Notes under the pieces: model-generated
What the model was told of the DNA's origin: nothing
The model's database searches: none
What the model saw: only the letters and a program-made list of their open reading frames with translations
NCBI GenBank assembly: GCA_963791045.1
Contig: CAWBQK010000015.1
Span: 229,390 to 293,389, forward strand
From: Candidatus Latescibacterota bacterium
GTDB lineage: Bacteria > Krumholzibacteriota > Krumholzibacteriia > WVZY01
Direction: 5' to 3'
Length of the DNA stretch: 64,000 nt
Shown: one piece after another, positions 39,679 through 49,119 of the stretch
How the letters are laid out: the number at the start of each line of letters is the position of its first letter
Numbering within the stretch: the first letter of the stretch is position 1
Made by a program: the position numbers and the translations under genes

Positions 39679-39702
39679 TCCTGTAATTTCGCAACCAAAG
39701 GA

Positions 39703-40627
39703 TCAGAGATTGGACATTTTGGCGAGGACTGAGTCCGCGCGCGCAGCGAACGGCGTACCCACGTGTTGTTCTCTAACGTGAACGAGAATCTCACGGGCTT
39801 CTGCGGCATCGCCGCGATTTCCCAGAACGATAGCGAGGTTGATGCCGACGATGGGATCGTCGGGATTTTTTTCAAGCGCGACGCGGAGGAGCGACTCGGA
39901 ACGATCGGAGTCACGGTCGAGATAGGCGATGATTCCGTCTATCAGCATCAGGCGCAGGTCATCCGGGTGAGTTTGCCGAGCGCCGGCGCACACATCGCGC
40001 GCAGCATCAATCTGGCCGGTAGAAAGATAGCCGGCGGATAGCCAGTACGCCACGTCCGGGGAACTGGCGCCATCCCTGTATTCATCATAAAGATATTTGA
40101 GAGAGGTCTCCAGTTCGGCGTCGACGGGAACGAACCCCGACCGGTACACAGAACCTTTTCCATCGATTAGCCGTTCGCCTCCCGGCAGAACGATCGGCCC
40201 CCACATGGTCGCCGTTTCAACGGCTCCGCGGACGGGCGCAAGCATCGCCGCATCGAGTTGCCCCGCGGTAAAACGGTCAGAACTTCCGAACAAGTATCCG
40301 ACGACGAGAAGAACGATGGCCACGGCTGAAACGGCGAAGAGCCTGTTGGTCTTGCCACCCCACCGTCCAAAGAGGGAGGTGGAAACAGGCGGTGTCGTAA
40401 TCGGCCGTGATTGATGAGGAATTGGGAGCGGTTTTTTCTCCGCGGGTGCGGACCCAAAAAGCGCTCGGGAGTTCACCGTTTCGTAGTACATATCGAGGCA
40501 ACGATCACACACACGGAGATGCGCGAGGACACGCGCTCGATCGATTTCACCAAAACGGCCTTCGATCAGTCCGCCGATATCGCCCGCGGAAATGTGTGGA
40601 TTATCAGATCCGGAAATGATGACTCAC
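39703..40627 (-). CDS. zf-HC2 anti-sigma-like membrane protein with a C-terminal TPR (5' end appears frameshifted)
   Basis: Extending ORF 39703-40512 upstream in frame gives HISAGDIGGLIEG...VLAHLRVCDRC (HxxxCxxC); TM LFAVSAVAIVLLVVGYLF; TPRs; GTG 40627 is in frame if one T near 40614 is removed. Confidence 0.75.
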
Positions 40628-40857
40628 CCCCTAGACTTCGGATTGGGCCCGACTCGCCAGCGTCACGTACGATCGTCACCACCAGTTGTCAGGGTCAGCG
40701 AAGGCCCAAAAATCCTGTGTTCCAGCTGCACTCTAAGTATACCCCAAATGAAAATAGATTGGAATACCTAACTTTATCAACCGAAATTCGCCTCAGGGTC
40801 CGGTGGGGCTCGCCGTCATCGCGGGCGACTCGGAATTGACCGACCACCGCCCCCAAG

Positions 40858-40907
40858 AAAAAACACCCCGGCGGCGAGTGACACGGTGGGCCATTCAACC
40901 GCCGGGG
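40858..40907 (-). terminator. Terminator after the giant surface protein gene
   Basis: CCCCGGCGG...CCGCCGGGG stem followed by TGTTTTTT on the minus strand. Confidence 0.65.
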
Positions 40908-40962
40908 AATCTATTCAACTGACGTCCCTGCAAAGGCTCCTCCCGATCGGACCCACAGCAGG

Positions 40963-43900
40963 CTACTTTAGCATCAGCATTTTCTTCGTGCCGGTAAACT
41001 TCCCGGCCCTGATCTTGTAGAAGTACACGCCGCTCGAAACCGTCCGGCCGTTGGCGTCCCGGCCGTCCCATTCGACCTCGTAGTGATTCGCCTGTTTTTC
41101 CTCGTTTACAAGCGTGCGCACCTTGCGGCCCGTCACATCATAGATCGCAAGCAGAACGTGATCCGACTGCGGTAGCGTAAACCGTATCCGCGTGGTCGGG
41201 TTGAACGGGTTCGGAGAGTTCTGGTTGAGCGCGAAGCTAGCCGTGTAGGTTACCCTGAACGGCCCGAAGACCTGCTCGGTTCCGCGTTCGGACACTTCTT
41301 CGAGCTTGTAGAAGTACGTCTGATTCGGGCGAACGGTATCGTCCTTGAAATCGTACGACGAACCGCCCAAGCGACCCGCGGAACGAACAAGTTCGCTAGT
41401 GATTCGTTCGTACCCAACATACTCTTCTGTAGATCGGAGAAGATGGAACCCTTCGACTCCCTGCTCGAATATCGTGTGCCACTGGAGCATGACGCCCTTC
41501 GCTTCGACGACACCATCGAATCCGCCGAGCGTGACCGCGACGGGCCCGACAACGGTGAACACGTTTTGACTCATGCCCGAGCCAATGTCTTCGCCGTCGC
41601 GGAAGAGTGTCACCATGACCCGGCAGGACGCCGAAACATCACTCGGCGCCGTCCAATCGACTGCGCCGGTATTCGGGACCTGTTCCGCGATCGGGTACCA
41701 CTCTTCCCCATCGTTCGGCGACCAGTACACGTCGACGACATCCACCGACACGTTCTCAGGAGACGACCACGTCACGTTGACGAGCTGTTCGAGAACAACC
41801 GTTTCTCCGCCGGCCGGGAACATCATTGTCGGGCGCAGTGTCCGAATCGTATCCTGCCCCGCGAAGGGTCGGCCGTTCACTTCGCCATCGATATGGACGG
41901 GAACAAACTCACCCTGCGGTATGACCGCCTGGAATTCCGCACGGTCGAACTTTACAACAAGTTCTTCCAGGCCATTTGTGTCGGCATCCTCGATTGTCCA
42001 GTTGTCGGGGTCGGCGGCGACCGCGCTCTGAAGCATCACGGTGGTGGGATCGATGTCACGGGGATCGAATCCGGCGGGGAGTTCTATCCGGCCGGTAACA
42101 TACCGTCCCTTCGACTTGTGGTTGAGGGTTCTCGGTGTCACCTCGATGGTCGCGGCGACCGGCGTGTCGCTCCTCAATGGATCGATGATACTCACGGTGT
42201 TGTCCCCGGCATTCGAAATGGCAACCACACCGCTGCCGCGCGGATCGATCGCCACATGTGACGGATCTTCACCGGCGGCAATCGTACCGACGACGGTGAG
42301 CTGAATCCCGGTGGGCGGCAGCTCGACGCCGCTTTCACGCACACCGACAGAATTCAACACTTCGAGCGACAGAACCAGAATGGCATCGTTCTCTTCCTGT
42401 ACGAGATAGAGAAGCGCGCCGTCCGGCGAGATCGCTATGCTCTTTGTTGTCGTTCCGTTTCGCACCGATGAGACAACCTGATTCTCGGACGGGCTCCCCG
42501 GGACGATATCAAAGATTTCAAGATCGCCTTCGGTCGTGAGCACGACGAGAAACGCCCCGTCGGGTGTGATCGATACACTCTTTGACGACGATCCGTTCTT
42601 GGCGCTTGCCACGACGCCGAAGCTGATCGCGTCGAGCGCTTCCCAACCATCGTCCGTTCCAACATAGATAAGCGCGCCGTCCGGAGCGATTGACACGGTG
42701 CGCTTGCTCGTGCCACCCCTCACCGTCGACAGCACCTGGTCGTATGTCTCGCTCAAACCGTCCGTATCTATAATACTCAGGCTGTTCGACCCGCCGTTGA
42801 CAACGACAAGACGATCACCGTCCGGGTTAATTGCGAGATCGATCGGTGTCGTGCCAACGGCAATCGTTTCGACGACCTGGTGGTACGTCGGCGACAACGG
42901 GTCAATATCGATGACCGACACCGTCCCGCCACCGGAGTTGGCCACGTACGCACGCGTTCCCTCCGGGTTGACGACCACGGCGAGCGGTGTGTCGCCAACG
43001 GGAATGCTCGGCTGCGAGGACAAATCATTTATGTCTATAGGAATCACGACACCCGCCTCCGGGCTCACCGCGTAGGCGATGGCACCGTCGGGCGCGATGG
43101 TTATACTCCGCGTCGCCGAGCCCGTGCCCACGCGTGCGATAACCTCGTCATCAACCGTCGATTCTGTGGTGTTCAAAACTATGAAGCCGACGGCATTCGA
43201 CGTATCTGCCCCGACAACAACACGGACGTCACCCGTCGAAGCTCCGACCGGAACCGTCACGCTGAGAAAATCCTCGCCGGCGGCCGTGACGAACGCGGGC
43301 GTGCCGTTGAAGAGTACAGTGTTGAGCGATGGCAATGGATCGAACCCAATCCCCGAAAGCACGGCGGGAACCCCGGCAGTGCCGCTCGGCGGGCTTATCG
43401 AGTTGACCGACACACCAGCCGGCGCGGATGTCGAAAACACCGACGACACGGCGGTAAGAAGCGGGGCGGCCATCTCGTCGAGAATCCCGGTTGTCATTTC
43501 AATTGTGTACGAAGTGCTCGCATCGAGCACCGAAATCGGAGTCAGTGACACCTTTGTGTTGCCTTCCGCAAAACCGATAACGGCAGGAACCGGCACAAAG
43601 TCACCCTTGTGCAGGAAAAGCGTCGTCGAACTCACCGACAAGGGGTCGACCGCCTTCGAGAATGTCGTCTGCGTCGCCGTGGTTATGCTGATATCGGTCA
43701 TCACATCCGCCGGTGTAACATCGGCGACACTGAGCGGCAATAGCGCCGGATCGTCAACGCCGTCAGCGCTAAATTGAATCGGTGCGCCGCTGAGTCCATT
43801 CGCATTGACGACAACATTGTGGCTTCCCGGGCCGACGATCGACCCCAGCATCCACTGTGCTTCCGCGATGCCATCCGGACCCGTAACGACAGTCTGGGTT

Positions 43901-46900
43901 GGCGTTCCGGTTCCTGCAAAAACACCGCCGCCCGTCGTGACGCTGAAGTTCACGGGGACACCCTCCAGCGGGGCGCTGGCAGACGATGTAACCAGGACAC
44001 GGAGCGGCGATGACAACGGCTGGTTAATGATTCCAGCTTGCCCGTCACCCGACACGGAAGCGATCGACTGCGCCGACGTGAAATCGTAGATATAGACGGT
44101 GTCACGAAACGCCGACACGCTGTAGAAACGACTCGCGTCCGGCGAAAAATCGCTGTCCACCGTCGTCAGGTGGTGAAAGATATCTCCGGCCTGCTCGATA
44201 AGGACAAGTGAATCCGGACTCGTCTGCAACTCGTAGTTGAAAAACGCCGCCTCACGGATATTGAGAATCGCCCGGTCTCCGCGGGGAGACACGTCGACAT
44301 GTTCGTCGACCGGACCGGCCGTCGTTGCGTATGGTACAGCGTAACTCGCCGTCGGCGAGTCGGGCGTCGTGGTGTCGAGAATCACTGCCGTCCTGTTCGA
44401 CGGCCCCGCCGTTTGTGTCGTCAGAAGCAGACATCGCGACCCGTCCGGCGTGAACGAGATCGAGATCGGGATTTCGTCGGCGGGTCCGGTGTCGAGCAGA
44501 ACCGATCCGACGACGGCCCCATAGTTGACGCTTTCGGGTCGAACGTCGACGACGAGCACCGCTGCGGGATTGGCGTCCCGAACAGGAAGATACAGGTACT
44601 CGCCACCAGGGTGATACGCCATCTCGCTGACACTGCCGTCGGTCCCTGCTTCCCCGTAGAGCCCAACCGTGCTGAGGATCTGATACTCATCGGGAGATCC
44701 GTCTTCGATATCGAAGAAATAGATCACTCCGGCCCCATCGTCGGCAACCACACAGCGCGTGCCGTCAGGGCTGACCTGCACACCGCTGACATTCCCCTCG
44801 TAGTTTGAAATGTCGAGCGTGCCGAGAACGGCTCCAAAGTCGGGACTGTCCGGGTTGACATCGAGAACCTGGACGGCGCTCGAACCGAAATCGGCGACAA
44901 CCGCGCGACGTCCGCCCGGGGTGACGACGATGTCGTCTACCGATACAACAACGTCAACCGAGTCGATGAACTGATTGAATGTGGGGCTTCCCGGATCGCT
45001 GTCGAGGGCATACACGTTACCGTTGTCGCCACCGACGAGGACGAGTCTACCGTCGGGCGAAGCGGTCAACGTCGACGTGAGTTCGGGCGCGCCCAACGGG
45101 CGTGCCGAGAGGGCAAGCCTGAGATTGTCGGAAACGGTCGGACTCAACACTTCAAAGAAAATCGCATTGGAAACCAATGACGGGCCCACCGGATTTGTTC
45201 CGATAACCGAAAGCGGACCGCTCATCGCGCCGAACGGTACCGACACGGTCACGGAATTTGCCGTCCGGCGTTCGGGCACGGCCATTATGCCGTCGAACGA
45301 CACCGCAAGAAGAGAATCGGCGTCAAGACCCGTTCCCGCGATTACCACCCTGGCTCCGACGGGTCCGGCGATTCTCGAAAGCGTTTTCACAGTCGGACCC
45401 AGACCGATCGCCGTCACGGCAATATTCTGCTCGGCCTCGGAAATTGTATAAGCATAAAAACCGTCGGAGGAAATCGCGACATCGACGGGATTAATCCGCT
45501 GCGGTATTGTCGCGGCGACATTTCTGAACGTCGGGCTTCCCTCTCTGAGATCGATGACATCAAGCAAATTGAGCTCGCGATTGACCGTGTGGACGAATGA
45601 TCCGGCTGGTGTGATCGCGGCGCCGCGGAGTGTCCCGCCCGTTGGAATCGACTGGACAAAAAACAGTCCGGAGAGCGAGACGATTGAAACTTCACCAGCT
45701 TCATCTGTCACGTAGGCACGCTCGCCCATCGGGTCTACAACGACATCCCGCGGATCCGGCCCCACCGGAATTTCCGCGAGGAGTGAATCCGGACCGAGGT
45801 CAAATACAAGGAGGTTCCCGGTGCCGGCGAGAACGAGAAGATACTCGCCCGCCGGATCGGTCGCCATCTTGCCGCGCAGATTGAGATCGGGAGACACAAT
45901 GACGCCGACCTGGTTGTCAAATGTCGGGCTCGCCGGGTTGACATCCCATATCTGGATGTCCCCGTCACCGGTCGGAACAAACGCACGCTGTCCCGTCGGG
46001 TCGACAAGAATTCCTTTTGGCTCGGCGCCCACATCAACTTCGCTCAACACCACGGCCGAGGCGCCGGACGTATCGATCCTGTATAACTTCTGATTGATTC
46101 GACTCACGCCATAGACGCGCCCACCGTCCGGCGTCGCCGCCATCTCGTTCAGCCCGCCCGGGATTGAAATCGTCGTGACGTCGAGAAAACCAGGAGATCC
46201 AGGATCGACATCAACCTCGGCAACACCGGCATCCGTGGATACGAACGCGTGACTTCCATCGGGGAGAACTGACACGGCGCGAGGCACGGCGAAGAGATCA
46301 GCCACACCCACTTCGACGCCGCGAGGCACTTCTTCAGCAGACAAAACCGTAAATCCGGGATATGTCGCCATACCCGACGGCGTTTGCACGACGACGGGGC
46401 CTGTGGCGGCGCCGGCTGGAATGGTCACAACGATGCGCGATGGATCGGCGTCATCAACCGTCGCCGGCACACCGTCGAAGGTGACCTCGTTATCCGCGAT
46501 GTCCGCGTCAAAACCAAAACCATTTATGACAACCGTCGCTCCCTCGACACCTTTGCCGGGAACCATGGTCGAAACACCGACAGGGGGCTGCGCTTCGGTC
46601 TTGAAGAACATCTCGAAGGGAACGGCAAGGCCATTCCCCGCTTTGTCGGAAACCCCGGTTTCGAGCCTGAGTTTATAGGTTGTCGTAAACTCGAGACCAC
46701 CCGTCGGTATAAATGCGAGAAGCGAATCATCGTTGAGGATCGCTGCGTTGCCGCTTACAAAAGCACCGGTCGCCGAATCGGTAAGAGCAAAGTTGCCCGA
46801 GAGCGAATCCGATTCGATCGCCTCCGAAAAAGAAATCAGGATCGAACCGTTGTAGGGAACGTTTGTCGCGTTCGACGCGGGGAGTGTGGTCACCACCGTC

Positions 46901-48468
46901 GGAGGCGTGTTGTCGATATTGGTCGTAATATCCGCCGTGGTGGTCCCGCCCGACGCCACGCTCACCGCGTCCATTGCAGTGGGATCATCGGTGTTCGATT
47001 CTTCGAGATCCCAATATTCGGGACCAAAGTTGGTCTGGGCCGTCTCGTAGATCAGTGAGTTGATATTTGCCGGTTGAATATATCCGATCGGCGATGTCCC
47101 GTTGAGCGGATGAACGGCCACATAATAGTCGCCGTCGGGCAGACCGAGAAAAACATATCCCCCATCGGCCGGAGAGGTGTAATCACAACCGAGCGTATCG
47201 CCCGATGCCGAGTCGATAACAAACACGATGGCTCCGGCAACGGGTCCGCCGCCAAGACCATCCGTGACGGTACCGGCGAGCCGGCTTGCCGTCGCGAGAG
47301 TAGCCGCATCGGGGTACGACTTCAGCATCATCAGCTCGTCTTCAGTCTCGAGTGTTGAGGCTTCGGTCCCCTGCGCAAGCACGTAGAACATCGTCGATGA
47401 TAAAACGCTCGAATGCGAGATACCGATGAGGTGGCCCGCTTCGTGTGTCGCTACGCTCCGAAGATCGGTTCCCGAACCGTCGGTCGGAGTGGAAAACGAC
47501 TTCGTCGGGTTGAATATCATGTCGGCATCGACAATCTGTCCCGGTCGAACCAGCTCACCGTTGAAAAACGCCGCTTTGGTGAACGACGTACTGATTCCAA
47601 CGGCAATCACGCCGGCGGGAAATACAAAATCCGGATCGGTAAACGTTACCAGATTGATTCCGTCCAGGGCCTGGGCATCCTGCTGTGGCGTCGTACCCCC
47701 GAAGGCGAGCGACACTGCCGCACCGCTCACGGAGCCCCACGCATCCATTCCGGATTGGATCGCGCTGAAATCACTGCCATCAGAGATCCCCGGCGCGCCG
47801 TTTTCGTTGATCGTGTACGCGAGCGGAAAATCGAAGTCGTCCCAGTACTCTATGTGGCGGGCACTGGTGACAACGTCGATACAACCGTCGCCATCGGCAT
47901 CGCGGTTGGACGCATCCTCTTCGGGACAAAGATCGTCGGCGTCGGGAACTCCGTCACCGTCGGTATCCGTAACAACGTTCATCGGGGACGACTGGATATT
48001 GTCGAACTCGTTCGTCTCCGCAACATGCGCGTACACATCCGTGATCACGCCGAGATAGACGCTTCCCGTCGGGCCGGTCTCCGGTACGACGAGATCCGCC
48101 GGCAGAGTTATCGTAATTTCTTCGCCGGCTCCGAGGCTGTCCACCGGCGTCCCGATCAGTGATGTTATGCCGTCAGGATCTCCCGCCAGCGGCTCGTCTG
48201 CAGTCGTAATAATCGAGTCCGCGGAAATATAGAAACCGATGTAGAAGGGCGCCGTGATGGGCTCGCTCCCCGTGTTCCTTACCGTCGCTGACAGAACGGC
48301 GCCGATCGGCTGTCCGGTCAGGACATTTACCGGACCCTCTATCGATACGAGCTGCAGGTTTACATCGGCGCCGTGGGCTCCGGCAAACGAGAGCGTCATG
48401 ATCGACGTCACCACAAAAAGAAGAATCAGGTGGCGCGACGAATTGTTTTCAGAAAAAATGCGCTTCAT
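40963..48468 (-). CDS. 2501-aa secreted modular metalloprotease/surface protein (CARDB, TSP3, matrixin M10, Ig/IPT domains, three YVTN-like beta-propellers, FlgD-type C-terminal domain)
   Basis: Signal peptide; DTDGDGVPDADDLCP; zinc motif HEAGHLIGISH plus Met-turn STMFY; repeated xxPDG blades; LNQNSPNPFNPTTRIRF...SSGVYFYKI...KKMLMLK. Confidence 0.92.
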   Translation of the reverse strand: MKRIFSENNSSRHLILLFVVTSIMTLSFAGAHGADVNLQLVSIEGPVNVLTGQPIGAVLSATVRNTGSEPITAPFYIGFYISADSIITTADEPLAGDPDGITSLIGTPVDSLGAGEEITITLPADLVVPETGPTGSVYLGVITDVYAHVAETNEFDNIQSSPMNVVTDTDGDGVPDADDLCPEEDASNRDADGDGCIDVVTSARHIEYWDDFDFPLAYTINENGAPGISDGSDFSAIQSGMDAWGSVSGAAVSLAFGGTTPQQDAQALDGINLVTFTDPDFVFPAGVIAVGISTSFTKAAFFNGELVRPGQIVDADMIFNPTKSFSTPTDGSGTDLRSVATHEAGHLIGISHSSVLSSTMFYVLAQGTEASTLETEDELMMLKSYPDAATLATASRLAGTVTDGLGGGPVAGAIVFVIDSASGDTLGCDYTSPADGGYVFLGLPDGDYYVAVHPLNGTSPIGYIQPANINSLIYETAQTNFGPEYWDLEESNTDDPTAMDAVSVASGGTTTADITTNIDNTPPTVVTTLPASNATNVPYNGSILISFSEAIESDSLSGNFALTDSATGAFVSGNAAILNDDSLLAFIPTGGLEFTTTYKLRLETGVSDKAGNGLAVPFEMFFKTEAQPPVGVSTMVPGKGVEGATVVINGFGFDADIADNEVTFDGVPATVDDADPSRIVVTIPAGAATGPVVVQTPSGMATYPGFTVLSAEEVPRGVEVGVADLFAVPRAVSVLPDGSHAFVSTDAGVAEVDVDPGSPGFLDVTTISIPGGLNEMAATPDGGRVYGVSRINQKLYRIDTSGASAVVLSEVDVGAEPKGILVDPTGQRAFVPTGDGDIQIWDVNPASPTFDNQVGVIVSPDLNLRGKMATDPAGEYLLVLAGTGNLLVFDLGPDSLLAEIPVGPDPRDVVVDPMGERAYVTDEAGEVSIVSLSGLFFVQSIPTGGTLRGAAITPAGSFVHTVNRELNLLDVIDLREGSPTFRNVAATIPQRINPVDVAISSDGFYAYTISEAEQNIAVTAIGLGPTVKTLSRIAGPVGARVVIAGTGLDADSLLAVSFDGIMAVPERRTANSVTVSVPFGAMSGPLSVIGTNPVGPSLVSNAIFFEVLSPTVSDNLRLALSARPLGAPELTSTLTASPDGRLVLVGGDNGNVYALDSDPGSPTFNQFIDSVDVVVSVDDIVVTPGGRRAVVADFGSSAVQVLDVNPDSPDFGAVLGTLDISNYEGNVSGVQVSPDGTRCVVADDGAGVIYFFDIEDGSPDEYQILSTVGLYGEAGTDGSVSEMAYHPGGEYLYLPVRDANPAAVLVVDVRPESVNYGAVVGSVLLDTGPADEIPISISFTPDGSRCLLLTTQTAGPSNRTAVILDTTTPDSPTASYAVPYATTAGPVDEHVDVSPRGDRAILNIREAAFFNYELQTSPDSLVLIEQAGDIFHHLTTVDSDFSPDASRFYSVSAFRDTVYIYDFTSAQSIASVSGDGQAGIINQPLSSPLRVLVTSSASAPLEGVPVNFSVTTGGGVFAGTGTPTQTVVTGPDGIAEAQWMLGSIVGPGSHNVVVNANGLSGAPIQFSADGVDDPALLPLSVADVTPADVMTDISITTATQTTFSKAVDPLSVSSTTLFLHKGDFVPVPAVIGFAEGNTKVSLTPISVLDASTSYTIEMTTGILDEMAAPLLTAVSSVFSTSAPAGVSVNSISPPSGTAGVPAVLSGIGFDPLPSLNTVLFNGTPAFVTAAGEDFLSVTVPVGASTGDVRVVVGADTSNAVGFIVLNTTESTVDDEVIARVGTGSATRSITIAPDGAIAYAVSPEAGVVIPIDINDLSSQPSIPVGDTPLAVVVNPEGTRAYVANSGGGTVSVIDIDPLSPTYHQVVETIAVGTTPIDLAINPDGDRLVVVNGGSNSLSIIDTDGLSETYDQVLSTVRGGTSKRTVSIAPDGALIYVGTDDGWEALDAISFGVVASAKNGSSSKSVSITPDGAFLVVLTTEGDLEIFDIVPGSPSENQVVSSVRNGTTTKSIAISPDGALLYLVQEENDAILVLSLEVLNSVGVRESGVELPPTGIQLTVVGTIAAGEDPSHVAIDPRGSGVVAISNAGDNTVSIIDPLRSDTPVAATIEVTPRTLNHKSKGRYVTGRIELPAGFDPRDIDPTTVMLQSAVAADPDNWTIEDADTNGLEELVVKFDRAEFQAVIPQGEFVPVHIDGEVNGRPFAGQDTIRTLRPTMMFPAGGETVVLEQLVNVTWSSPENVSVDVVDVYWSPNDGEEWYPIAEQVPNTGAVDWTAPSDVSASCRVMVTLFRDGEDIGSGMSQNVFTVVGPVAVTLGGFDGVVEAKGVMLQWHTIFEQGVEGFHLLRSTEEYVGYERITSELVRSAGRLGGSSYDFKDDTVRPNQTYFYKLEEVSERGTEQVFGPFRVTYTASFALNQNSPNPFNPTTRIRFTLPQSDHVLLAIYDVTGRKVRTLVNEEKQANHYEVEWDGRDANGRTVSSGVYFYKIRAGKFTGTKKMLMLK

Positions 48469-48483
48469 AATAATCCTCCTTTT

Positions 48484-49042
48484 CTATCGGCGGCCCAGGG
48501 CCTGGTTGATGAATAGATCGAGCGGCATATCATCGACGCGCGATGAAGCGGCGGTGGGCTCGAGAGACATGGCTTCAACAAGTTCGGTCCCCACGAGTTC
48601 CGGCCGGTTAATGAAACGCTTCTCCCGTCCGCGTGTTTCTTTTTATATTGAATTTCCCCTGGGAAAATCCCGAGACCTGGAACGACCGGCCGTCCGGGGA
48701 TTCGAGAAAAAGGAGAACCTCTTCGCCGGTTCGCCACTCGAGAGCTCCGTGGACGGTGACTTTGACGTCGTCGACAACACCACCCATTTGCAGGAGGTCA
48801 ACCATCCCTGACCCGGAACCTTTGTAGGATTCGTCGACGGCAATTCGTGTCGTCGTATAAATCTTCGTGCGTTTGTCGTTCCAAAACGAACGAACATCGA
48901 CGACCTTACCGCGAACGACGAGCTCGGATTGTTCGCCCAGCTGCCGGGGGGTGAGCGACACAACCTGTGTCGCATCAACAATAGAAATCGAGCCCGCCAC
49001 AACGGAAAGGGCGACGGCTATTCCTGTCAAAATCAGCCTCAT
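48484..49042 (-). CDS. Small secreted protein upstream of the matrixin gene (one extra base near 48615)
   Basis: ATG 49042 with AGGAG RBS; signal peptide; LVVRGKVVDV...GEEVLLFL...QGKF; removing one T extends to ...FINQALGRR* at 48484, just before the next RBS. Confidence 0.75.
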
Positions 49043-49119
49043 TTGAGTTCTCCTTTGAACCAATTGGATCACTGTCCGGTCAATCAATTGAAAGCGGACT
49101 CGATTCCCGTCGCGGCGTT

